Positions 25,306 to 33,627 of a stretch of 37,234 bases of DNA are shown one piece after another (position 1 is the stretch's first letter; the number at the start of each line of letters is the position of its first letter). Both the position numbers and the translations under genes were made by a program. This DNA comes from a virus (lineage: Duplodnaviria > Caudoviricetes). A model generated the notes under the pieces. It made no database searches, had not been told where the DNA came from, and saw only the letters and a list, made by a program, of their open reading frames with translations. The DNA lies in IMG/VR virus record IMGVR_UViG_3300038974_000876, positions 1 to 37,234 of that record. One strand, 5' to 3'.

Positions 25306-25358
25306 TGGCTGGTGGCTAGTGGATAGCCATCAACTATCAACCATAAACCATAAACTAC
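25305..25358. repeat. Heptamer variant tract with inverted counterpart
   Basis: gtggctg gtggcta gtggata ... ccatcaa ctatcaa ccataaa ccataaa. Confidence 0.8.
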
Positions 25359-25374
25359 TTTGGGAGGAATAAAT

Positions 25375-25578
25375 ATGTCAGATCAAATTTTCATAGCCCC
25401 GGCAAAACCGGGACTGATTGTCCGGGACCCGGAAACGGGAAAGCCACTGGACGCAGCCGGGGAATACAAACCCGTAAACCCGTATTGGAAGAGAAGATTA
25501 GCTGGAGGCGATGTAATCGCGGCCAAGTCTCCGGATAAAATAAAAACCTCCGCGAGAAAGGAAAATGAGAGCAAATGA
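25375..25578 (+). CDS. Mu gp38-like (DUF2635)
   Basis: PAKPGLIVRDPETGKPL...YWKRRLAGGDV. Confidence 0.9.
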   Translation: MSDQIFIAPAKPGLIVRDPETGKPLDAAGEYKPVNPYWKRRLAGGDVIAAKSPDKIKTSARKENESK

Positions 25579-27041
25579 TATCATTCAATCAAATACCCAT
25601 TGATTTACGCGTTCCCGGCGTCTATCTGGAGACCGATAACTCAATGGCCGTGGGCGGCCTGCCCGTCGAGCATCATCTGATCCTCATCATCGGCCAGCGC
25701 CTGACCGCAGGCACCGTCGCCGAAGGCGTCCCCGTGCGCATTAACAACAAGGGCCAGGGCGAAGCCTATTTCGGGCGAGGCTCGCAGCTTTCCGCCATGA
25801 TCAACGCCTTGAAAAACGTCAACGGCTACACCGAATTATGGGCCGTCGCGCTCGATGAAGCGTCAGCCGGTGTCAAAGCCGCAGGCTCCATCACGTTTGG
25901 CGGCACGGTATCCGCCGCCGGAACGATCTGCCTCTACATTGGCGGCAGGGTCGTCAAGCTCGCTGTGGCGTCGGCGGAAGCCAGCGCTACCACAGCAACC
26001 AACATGGCTGCCGCAATCAACGCGATAACCGATCTGCCGGTGACCGCCGCCGTCAACGGCGCAGACACCAAAAAGGTGGACATCACCTGCCGCTGGAAAG
26101 GCGAAACAGGCAATTCCATTGATCTGCGCCTGAATTATTACCAGGGCGAAAAATTGCCGACCGGCATGACAGCGACCATCGTCGCTATGGCCGGCGGCGC
26201 AACCAATCCCGATATCGATGACGCTTTTGCCGCCATCGGCGATGAGCAGTATCATACGATCATCCAGCCCTGGACGGATTCCTCGAACCTGGGCAAAATC
26301 TACACCGAAATGCAGCGGCGCTGGAGCGCGATTGTCAAGAAAGAAGGCCACTGCTTTACCGCTGCCGCAGGATCGCACGCGGATCTCTCCACGCTGGGCG
26401 ACGGCGTCAACGATGAATGCCTGACCATCATGGGCATGCAGGGTTCGCCATCCACGCCCTGGGAAATGGCGGCGGCAGTCGGCGGCGTCGATGCGTACGA
26501 AGTCGATCCCGCGCGTCCCCGTCAGACACTGGCCTTGACCGGAATCCTCGCGCCCGCGAAGGAAGACCGCTACACGCTCAGCGAGTGCAATATCCACCTC
26601 AACGACGGCATATCAACTTTTTATGTGGATGATAACGGCGTGTGCCGGATTCAGCGGCTGATCACCACGTACCAGACCAACGTCTCCGGCGTGGATGATA
26701 TCAGCTACCTGAATGTGGAAACCATGCGCACCATCGCGTATCTGCGCTACAGCACGCGCGTGCGCATCGCGCTGCGCTACCCGCGCCACAAGCTGGCCGA
26801 CGACGGAACGGAGATTGCTCCCGGACAGGCGATAGTGACGCCGAAGGTGTTGCGCGCGGAATTGATTGCCCTGTTCATTCAATGGATGGAAGTGGGCCTG
26901 GTCGAAAATCTGGCGCAATTCAAAACGGATTTGCTTGTGGAAAGAAATACCAGCGATCCGGATCGCGTGGACGCGATTATTCCGCCCGATGTCATTAACC
27001 AGTTCAGAGTATTCGCAGCGAGTTTGCAGTTTCGGCTCTAA
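25575..27041 (+). CDS. Tail sheath protein (Mu gpL)
   Basis: ISFNQIPIDLRVPGVYLE, FGRGSQL, DPARPRQTL, YPRHKLADDG. Confidence 0.95.
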   Translation: MISFNQIPIDLRVPGVYLETDNSMAVGGLPVEHHLILIIGQRLTAGTVAEGVPVRINNKGQGEAYFGRGSQLSAMINALKNVNGYTELWAVALDEASAGVKAAGSITFGGTVSAAGTICLYIGGRVVKLAVASAEASATTATNMAAAINAITDLPVTAAVNGADTKKVDITCRWKGETGNSIDLRLNYYQGEKLPTGMTATIVAMAGGATNPDIDDAFAAIGDEQYHTIIQPWTDSSNLGKIYTEMQRRWSAIVKKEGHCFTAAAGSHADLSTLGDGVNDECLTIMGMQGSPSTPWEMAAAVGGVDAYEVDPARPRQTLALTGILAPAKEDRYTLSECNIHLNDGISTFYVDDNGVCRIQRLITTYQTNVSGVDDISYLNVETMRTIAYLRYSTRVRIALRYPRHKLADDGTEIAPGQAIVTPKVLRAELIALFIQWMEVGLVENLAQFKTDLLVERNTSDPDRVDAIIPPDVINQFRVFAASLQFRL

Positions 27042-27048
27042 CGAGCCA

Positions 27049-27115
27049 GTGAATAGTGGATAGTGGATGGGAAAGTACATTCACTATCAACCATCCACCA
27101 TAAACCATCAACCAT
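27049..27115. repeat. Heptamer tract with inverted counterpart
   Basis: gtgaata gtggata gtggatg ... cattcac tatcaac catccac cataaac catcaac. Confidence 0.85.
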
Positions 27116-27134
27116 TTTTGGGAGGATCATAAAA

Positions 27135-27494
27135 ATGCAGGTACTTGGCAGAGCAACCATCAAATATAACGGCAATACGCTCCTGACCGACAAGGGCGCA
27201 AAGCTGAACATGGGAGGCGTGGAACGCAAAGCCGTCGAAGGCGACACCGTCCACGGATACGCCGAAGAAACCAAAGCGCCGTTCATCGATTGCAATATAT
27301 CGCTGCGGCGGGGCGCGTCACTCCAGACCATCGCGGACATTACCGACGCCACCGTGACATTCGAGGCGGACACCGGCCAGGTCTATACGCTGACCAATGC
27401 CTGGTCATCCGTTCCTCCGGAGATCACAGCAGGCGACGGCGGCAAAGTTCCCGTTAAGTTCTACGGCATGAAATGCGATGAAGTAACCGCGTAA
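27135..27494 (+). CDS. Tail tube protein (Mu gpM)
   Basis: GGGAGG SD; GAKLNMGGVERKAVEGDTVHGYAEE...VTFEADTGQVY; follows the sheath gene. Confidence 0.9.
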   Translation: MQVLGRATIKYNGNTLLTDKGAKLNMGGVERKAVEGDTVHGYAEETKAPFIDCNISLRRGASLQTIADITDATVTFEADTGQVYTLTNAWSSVPPEITAGDGGKVPVKFYGMKCDEVTA

Positions 27495-27506
27495 AGGTAG
27501 AACGCG

Positions 27507-27594
27507 ATCCCCATCCGTCCCGACAAGTCGGGACTACGGGGATAATTCGCTCAGCAATTTTTATTTTGCTGCGCTCATAAAATTTGGAGCTCAT
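27507..27594 (-). repeat. Family A element, copy 9
   Basis: atccccatccgtcccgacaagtcgggactacggggataattcgctcagc...ttggagctcat, direct repeat of 23760-23847. Confidence 0.92.
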
Positions 27595-27595
27595 T

Positions 27596-27940
27596 ATGAC
27601 AACAGTCAAAGTTACCTTGATAAAAGGTCTGAAAATTGGCGATGCAGTTCACACGGCCGCGGAAATAAGAGAAGCCACGGCGGGCGATATGATCGAAGCA
27701 ACGGAGGAAAGCGAACGCCTGGTGCTGACGCCGGAAGGAAACTACGTGCTGGTGGCCAGCCCCACGCTGGTGGGCCTGAACACGCTTCGCAGGCAGATTG
27801 TCAAAGTCGGCACCTATGACGGGCCGCTGACATTGACGGAAATAAAAATGCTATCGGGTCCGGATATCAATCTGCTCCAACAGAAGGCGGCGCAACTCGA
27901 AAACGCCGGGATGCAGGACGTAACCGACCGGGGAAAATGA
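27596..27940 (+). CDS. Tail assembly chaperone (Mu gp41-like)
   Basis: LIKGLKIG...IREATAGDMIEA...LRRQI...LSGPD; between tube and tape measure. Confidence 0.88.
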   Translation: MTTVKVTLIKGLKIGDAVHTAAEIREATAGDMIEATEESERLVLTPEGNYVLVASPTLVGLNTLRRQIVKVGTYDGPLTLTEIKMLSGPDINLLQQKAAQLENAGMQDVTDRGK

Positions 27941-28074
27941 TCACGCGGCACAGGGAGAGCCTCTTTGCCTGTGTCGCCGCTCTGGCCGTGAAAGCCCACT
28001 GGTCGGAGGAGGCAATCAATGCCCTGCCCCTGCGCAGGCTGTATGGATACATGGAGTTGATGTATGGCGCTTAG
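27937..28074 (+). CDS. -1-frame extension of the tail chaperone (GT/E'-like, 45 codons)
   Basis: Slippery G GGA AAA at 27931-27937; HWSEEAINALPLRRL motif. Confidence 0.75.
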   Translation: MITRHRESLFACVAALAVKAHWSEEAINALPLRRLYGYMELMYGA

Positions 28075-29806
28075 AACCTCAATAATTATCGATCTGGCCG
28101 GTAATATGGCCACGCGCTGCAACCAGCTATTGGGCGGGCTGCAGCGGCTCGGCACCGGCGGATCGCGAGCCATGAACGTCCTGAATAATTCCTTCGCGGC
28201 TGCCGGGCGCGGGCTGGATCGGCTGGGCAACCGTTATACCATGCTGCTCTCCGGAGCGGCGGGTGTCGGCGCGATCAAACAAGTGGGCGATCTCTCCATG
28301 CGCCTGACGCGCCTGGGCATTAATGCCGACGTCAGCCGTGCCAGAATCGATGCGCTTTACGGCACCATTATGAATGTCGCGCAGATGAAGGATGTCCGCG
28401 TTGATCCCGGCGAGATTCTTTCCGCCGTTGAAAAGATCGTCCAGAAACTCGGCGATCTCGATTTTGCCACAAAACACACCCGCACCATCGGGCTGGCGAT
28501 ACAGGCCACCGGCGCGAGCGGCGAAGATGTCGGCGACCTGCTGGCCAACTTCAAGGAAAAATTCAAACTCAAAGACGAAGAAATGCTACCGGCCCTGGAC
28601 ATTCTGGTCAAACAGGGCAAAGCCGGTGCGTTTGAATTGAAAGACCTTGTAACGCAGGGAAACCGCGTCACCGCAGCTTATGGCGCGATGGGCCGCTCCG
28701 GCATGGATGCCGTCCGCGAAATGGGCGCGATGATGCAGGTGTTCAAAAAATCAACAGGAATGCCGGAAGAAACTGCTACGGCGTTCAAAAATGTTTTCAA
28801 TGATCTGATGGAACCGACAAAGCAAAAACACTTAAAAGCGCTGGGCATTAATATCTGGGACCCCGAAAAACTCAAGGAAGGCAAAAAGCAGATCCGCAGC
28901 ATCGTCGATATCATGGACGAGATCTTAATAAAGACAAAAGGCGATCCTGAAAAGTTGAGCCGCCTGTTCGGGATGCAATCCCTCGACGGCATCAAAGCAT
29001 TCATGAGCGAATTTCAGGCTACGGGAAAAAACGCGGCAAATCAATTCATGGGTGTGACCGGCGACGGCACAACATTGATGCGCGATGCGGCAAAGGCCGC
29101 CGCAGAATTCAACTCCGCAATGGGGAGCCTACGCACAAGCTGGCAGCAGTTTGCCACAACGAATCTGGCAAAACCGATGCAAAAATTTGCCAATGCCATT
29201 AACAGTGTCGATGTCAATCGCATGCAACAGCTTCTTAAGGTGCTCACTGGTATTGCGGCAGTTGTTGGGGTGTTGATTGCCGCGCGCTGGGCGCACGGTA
29301 TGTACAAATGGGGGAAAGATCTCCTTAAACCACCCGGCGGAGGAGGATTGCCCGGCGGCGGAAAAGGAGGTGTCGTCCCTGTCTATGTCGTCAACAAACG
29401 CATGTCGCTGGTTGATCTGCCGGGCTCAGGTTCGTCTACCCCAGGCGGCGGATCTGTGCCAGGCGGCAAGGCCGGTAAAATATTGTCCGTTGCGAGTAAA
29501 GCCTCCGCCGTAACTGGAGCTGGACTTGTGGGCTACGAAGTCGGCGGGCTGCTGAATAAGGGTATGGGCTGGACATCCGGAAAGATAACCGGCGGAAAGT
29601 ATAAGGGCGAAGGATTTATCGGTGACATGCTCTATGATCTTTTGCACAAACAAAAAACCGAAAAACAAAAGCCTGCTGAAGTCGGCGGGAAAATACAAAT
29701 TGAGATTAAGCAGGACGGGCGTGCGGTTGTGAATAAAATACAAAGCAAAAATCCCGGCGTTCAGATGGACGTCTCGACCGGGATGACAATGCTGGGGGCA
29801 AGGTAG
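28064..29806 (+). CDS. Tail tape measure protein
   Basis: Ala/Gly-rich; LVKQGKAGAFELKDL; VVPVYVVN; position. Confidence 0.92.
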   Translation: MALRTSIIIDLAGNMATRCNQLLGGLQRLGTGGSRAMNVLNNSFAAAGRGLDRLGNRYTMLLSGAAGVGAIKQVGDLSMRLTRLGINADVSRARIDALYGTIMNVAQMKDVRVDPGEILSAVEKIVQKLGDLDFATKHTRTIGLAIQATGASGEDVGDLLANFKEKFKLKDEEMLPALDILVKQGKAGAFELKDLVTQGNRVTAAYGAMGRSGMDAVREMGAMMQVFKKSTGMPEETATAFKNVFNDLMEPTKQKHLKALGINIWDPEKLKEGKKQIRSIVDIMDEILIKTKGDPEKLSRLFGMQSLDGIKAFMSEFQATGKNAANQFMGVTGDGTTLMRDAAKAAAEFNSAMGSLRTSWQQFATTNLAKPMQKFANAINSVDVNRMQQLLKVLTGIAAVVGVLIAARWAHGMYKWGKDLLKPPGGGGLPGGGKGGVVPVYVVNKRMSLVDLPGSGSSTPGGGSVPGGKAGKILSVASKASAVTGAGLVGYEVGGLLNKGMGWTSGKITGGKYKGEGFIGDMLYDLLHKQKTEKQKPAEVGGKIQIEIKQDGRAVVNKIQSKNPGVQMDVSTGMTMLGAR

Positions 29807-29903
29807 TGACGCCCGCTAAGGGCAAGCGCAGCGCAGACCGAAGCGCTGGCGGAACTATCCCGGGAGCGCAGTACCCTAAAGGGCATCTGCGACGACGCGG
29901 GAT
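29806..29903 (+). repeat. Family A element, copy 10, carrying the taccctaaagggca mini-hairpin
   Basis: gtgacgcccgctaagggcaagcgcagcg...ggcggaactatcccgggagcgcag taccctaaagggcatctgcg acgacgcgggat. Confidence 0.85.
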
Positions 29904-29911
29904 AATAAAAA

Positions 29912-30000
29912 GTGAAAGGAGAAGGGTGAAAAGTAAATAGTAAGACGTGAAGCGTGCAAGGATTTTCTTTTCCATTCACTATTCACTATTCACCATTCAC
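29912..30000. repeat. Heptamer tract with inverted counterpart
   Basis: gtgaaag gagaagg gtgaaaa gtaaata gtaagac gtgaagc ... cattcac tattcac tattcac cattcac. Confidence 0.85.
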
Positions 30001-30011
30001 AGGTTTTTAAT

Positions 30012-31304
30012 ATGAATTGGCGGGATAAATTACAGAAAGGTTCTTTTCGCGGAGTTGAATTTTGCTGGCGTCACAGCGACGCGACGGTAGGACGCAAAAC
30101 GGCGCGCCACGATTATCCGCAGCGCGATGACGCCTATATCGAGGACATGGGCAAGCGTCCCCAGGAATTCAATCTGGAATGCTTTGTCATCGGAAAAAAT
30201 TATACCGATCAGCGCGACAACATGATTGCGGCGCTGGAGCAGGCGGGCGCGGGAACGCTTATCCATCCTACTATGGGCATGATGCAGGTCTGTGTCTGTG
30301 GCGACGTGCGCATCACGGAATCCACGGACGAAGGCGGCATGTGCCGTTTTTCGATCCCCTTTATTGTTTCTCCGGATAATATGTTTTTCCCCTCATCGTC
30401 GCTCAATACGGCGCAGATGGTCAGTTTCGGCGCGGATACCTCCATCGAGGCGTCGATGGACGATTTCGTAGCAGGATTTTCAGTTGCTGGTCTGCCGCAA
30501 TATGCCTCGGTTGATGCGCAGGCCGTCCTGATCGGGTTTACCGGCGGCATGACATCGCTTGCCGCGCTGTTCCCGGCGAATGTCGAAACACCCGCCCTGA
30601 TCGCTGGCATTACCGCGCTGGAAAACGCGGCGGCATCGCTTGTCCAGACGCCCGCTTCCCTGGCGGAGAGCATCACCGGTCTGTTTGGCGATCTGCGAAC
30701 GGCGGCTCTTGCGCCGCTTGATCTGCCGGAGAATGCCGAACTGCCGACAGACGGCATCTCCAGCCGGTACAATACCCTTATCAATCTGCCGACATCGCTA
30801 TTCAATGCGTTTGCCAGGCTCTTTGATTTCGGCAGATCTACCAATGCTTATTCGACGCTGTCGTCCGATTCCATCCCGCAGACCACGTCCGCCCGCATTG
30901 CGCAGGCGGCCAACCGTGACGCGATCAACGCGCTGATCCGGCAGACCGCCATCGCGGAAGCGGCACGGACTGCCTCGACCATTAATTTCATCTCCTACGA
31001 TGCCGCTGTCGGCGTGATGACGAAATTGCTCGACGCGATTGACGCGGAAGTTCTGCTGGCCTCAGACAGCGTTTATGCGACGCTTGTTGATCTGCGCGCC
31101 GCCGTGGTCAAGGACATCAATAGCCGTGGCGCAGATCTGGCGCGCATTATCCAATATACGCCGGTTCGCACCGAGCCCGCGCTGGTGATTGCCCAGAGGC
31201 TCTACGGCGACGCGACCCGCGCCGAAGAGATTATCGCCCGCAACAATATCAGGCATCCGCTGTTTGTGCCCGGCGGCGTGCCGCTGGAGGTGCTCAGTGA
31301 TTGA
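30012..31304 (+). CDS. DNA circularisation protein (Mu gpN)
   Basis: WRDKLQKGSFRGVEF, HDYPQRD, GTLIHP, LYGDATRAEEIIARNNIRHPLFVPGG. Confidence 0.93.
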   Translation: MNWRDKLQKGSFRGVEFCWRHSDATVGRKTARHDYPQRDDAYIEDMGKRPQEFNLECFVIGKNYTDQRDNMIAALEQAGAGTLIHPTMGMMQVCVCGDVRITESTDEGGMCRFSIPFIVSPDNMFFPSSSLNTAQMVSFGADTSIEASMDDFVAGFSVAGLPQYASVDAQAVLIGFTGGMTSLAALFPANVETPALIAGITALENAAASLVQTPASLAESITGLFGDLRTAALAPLDLPENAELPTDGISSRYNTLINLPTSLFNAFARLFDFGRSTNAYSTLSSDSIPQTTSARIAQAANRDAINALIRQTAIAEAARTASTINFISYDAAVGVMTKLLDAIDAEVLLASDSVYATLVDLRAAVVKDINSRGADLARIIQYTPVRTEPALVIAQRLYGDATRAEEIIARNNIRHPLFVPGGVPLEVLSD

Positions 31305-32349
31305 TGCCGTATTGCTGGTGCAGGGCGTCTATTATCGCGGCTGGAAAACGCTGGAAGCCACGGTCGGCATGGAGCAGATCGCTGGCTCGTTCACGGTGAC
31401 GGCCTCCGACCGCTGGCAGGCCAACGCACTTTCCTGGCCGATTTTCCCCGGCTCTCCGTGCAGTTTGATTCTCGGCCCGCGCCCGGTGATTTTCGGGTAT
31501 GTAGATGAGGCCTGCCCGGAATACGACGACCTATCTCACTCGCAACGGGTATCCGGACGCGACGCGACGGGCGACCTGGTGGATTGCGCCGCCATTTACA
31601 AATCCGGCCAGTGGAAAAAAGCGGATCTGCTCAAAATAGCCAATGACCTGTGCTCGCCTTTCGGCATTTCCGTGAAGGCGGAAATAAGCGTGGGCAAGCC
31701 CTTTGATGTGTTTGCCATTCAGGACGGCGAAACGGTGTTCGAGGCGCTGGATCGCGCCGCACGCCAGCGCGGTGTGCTGCTCATGTCCGACGCCAATGGC
31801 GGCCTGATTCTGACCCGCGCGGGACAAATCTGGATATCGACGGCTCTAATCAAAGGCCAGAACATCGAGCGCGGCTCCGCGACATATGATTACAAGGATC
31901 GTTTCAGTAAATATATCATTAAGGGGCAGTCGCCCGGCAGCGATGAATATTCCAAGCCGGAAGACCACATGCAGCGCAAGGCCGAGGCCGAGGATGCAAA
32001 TATTCTGCGCTACCGGCCCACAATCATCCATGCCGAGCAGGGCGATAACGCCGCCTACGCCGACCGCGCCAAGTGGGAATGCAACGTCCGCGCCGGGCGC
32101 TCCGTCCGCCTGCAATACACCGTTTCGGGGTGGGAGTATCTGCCGGGCAACATCTGGCAGCCCAACCGGATGGTCATGGTCATGGATGATTATCTGCGCA
32201 TCGCCCAGCCCATGCTGATTGTCCGCTGTACGTATATCCTGGATGACTCCGGCAGCCGTACCATGCTGGAACTCTGCCCGCGTGAGGCGTTCGAACTGGG
32301 CCCTCCGCCGAAGTTGGAAACCAGTAATGCCAAAAAGGAGGTCATGTAA
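31297..32349 (+). CDS. Baseplate hub (Mu gpP/gp44)
   Basis: GTG 31297 after GGAGG; YRGWK, GRDATGDLVDC, GETVFEAL, RYRP, WQPN. Confidence 0.92.
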   Translation: MIDAVLLVQGVYYRGWKTLEATVGMEQIAGSFTVTASDRWQANALSWPIFPGSPCSLILGPRPVIFGYVDEACPEYDDLSHSQRVSGRDATGDLVDCAAIYKSGQWKKADLLKIANDLCSPFGISVKAEISVGKPFDVFAIQDGETVFEALDRAARQRGVLLMSDANGGLILTRAGQIWISTALIKGQNIERGSATYDYKDRFSKYIIKGQSPGSDEYSKPEDHMQRKAEAEDANILRYRPTIIHAEQGDNAAYADRAKWECNVRAGRSVRLQYTVSGWEYLPGNIWQPNRMVMVMDDYLRIAQPMLIVRCTYILDDSGSRTMLELCPREAFELGPPPKLETSNAKKEVM

Positions 32350-33077
32350 TGCCGGGTCAGTTTAATCGCCTGATCGCTCCCTACCTGCGCATGATCCGCA
32401 TGACGGTCAGTCGTGGCGTCATTAAAAAAATAAACGATGATCCGAAGATGCAGGAAATGCAGGTCAAAATGCTCAAGGATGAGGTCTATTCGGATCTGGA
32501 GCGTTTTAACGAGTACGGCTTCACGTCCGTCCCTTTAGAGGGATCGGAAGCAATTGTCGTTTGCATCGGCGGCGACCGCGACCACAGCGTAATCATCAAG
32601 ACAGACGACCGCCGCTATCGCCTGAAGGGCCTGAAGGGCGGCGAGGTCGCGCTCTACACGGACGAAGGCGATAAGATACATCTCAAACGCAACAAGGAAA
32701 TCGAAATCATCTGCGGAAATAAACTCACTGCCACGGTCGAGAATGACGTCGAGATCACTACAAAGCGGGCGAAACTTACAGCCTCGGAAAAATGTGAAAT
32801 CATCAGCCCGGATATAAAACTAACCAGTGATACGACCGTGGAGATCTCCGGAGATTCAAAGGTTACCATCAACAGCGAAACAAAAGTGGAAGTTAATTGC
32901 GATGATGTGGTGATCAATGGATCGAAGGTGGAACTGGGCGGTTCGGACGGAACGATGCGCAAGCTGATTGATGAACGGCTCATCGATCTATTTAACGCCC
33001 ACACGCACGGCGGCCTGGTGCCGACATCGCCGCTGACGCTGGCTGATGTTGCCACGACGATAACAAAGGCGGGATGA
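32349..33077 (+). CDS. Baseplate spike (Mu gp45 / gpV)
   Basis: YGFTSVP, GGDRDH, DDRRYRLKGLKGGEVALY, terminal HTH(G) metal-binding tip motif. Confidence 0.93.
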   Translation: MPGQFNRLIAPYLRMIRMTVSRGVIKKINDDPKMQEMQVKMLKDEVYSDLERFNEYGFTSVPLEGSEAIVVCIGGDRDHSVIIKTDDRRYRLKGLKGGEVALYTDEGDKIHLKRNKEIEIICGNKLTATVENDVEITTKRAKLTASEKCEIISPDIKLTSDTTVEISGDSKVTINSETKVEVNCDDVVINGSKVELGGSDGTMRKLIDERLIDLFNAHTHGGLVPTSPLTLADVATTITKAG

Positions 33078-33085
33078 TAAAAAAA

Positions 33086-33165
33086 GTGAAAGGAGAAAGG
33101 TGAAAAGTGAAATGTAAAAAAAGGAAAGCATTTTTTTCCTTCACCATTCACTATTCACTCTTCAC
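33086..33165. repeat. Heptamer tract with inverted counterpart
   Basis: gtgaaag gagaaag gtgaaaa gtgaaat ... cttcac cattcac tattcac tcttcac. Confidence 0.85.
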
Positions 33166-33176
33166 GGATTTTTAAA

Positions 33177-33623
33177 TTGGATATCAAAGTAACCTACAAT
33201 TCTGAAACCATGTCCTTCCACTGGGACATTACTCAACCGGGCCTGACGGAGGATGTCGGGCTGGAGACGGCAGTCATGCTTTCTCTGTTTTCGGATCGTC
33301 GCGCCCGTCCTGATGACGTGTTGCCGTCCGGCGATGACCGGCGCGGCTGGTGGGCGGATGCCTACGCCGAGGAAAAAAATGATTTGTTCGGCTCGCGCCT
33401 GTGGCTGGTGGATCGTGAAAAACAGATGAACTCCGTCTTGCGCCGGGCGGAAGAATACGCCTTTGAATCGCTGTCCTGGATGGTGGAAGACGGCGTGGTG
33501 AAGTCCGTCAACTGTATGGCGGAAGTCATTCGTGACGGCGTGCTGGGACTGACAGTGACGATGACACGCGGCAATAAGTTGTCGATCAAATACAGGTTTG
33601 AAATTTTTTGGAAGGGGAATTGA
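33177..33623 (+). CDS. Baseplate protein (Mu gp46)
   Basis: LETAVMLSLFSDRRA, RRGWWAD, GSRLWL. Confidence 0.93.
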   Translation: MDIKVTYNSETMSFHWDITQPGLTEDVGLETAVMLSLFSDRRARPDDVLPSGDDRRGWWADAYAEEKNDLFGSRLWLVDREKQMNSVLRRAEEYAFESLSWMVEDGVVKSVNCMAEVIRDGVLGLTVTMTRGNKLSIKYRFEIFWKGN

Positions 33624-33627
33624 TATT

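Noticed and set aside
25863-26597. Long minus-strand ORFs (also 4403-4975, 30209-30844, 35420-36001 and others)
   Set aside because: They are antisense shadows of well-supported GC-rich phage genes, with no motifs or SDs.
10872-29903. Dispersed repeats as a CRISPR array or mini-arrays
   Set aside because: Copies are degenerate, in both orientations and separated by whole genes rather than 25-45 bp spacers; no cas genes recognised.
4032-29903. Repeats as integron attC sites
   Set aside because: No consistent RYYYAAC...GTTRRRY ends seen, and no tyrosine integrase in the window.
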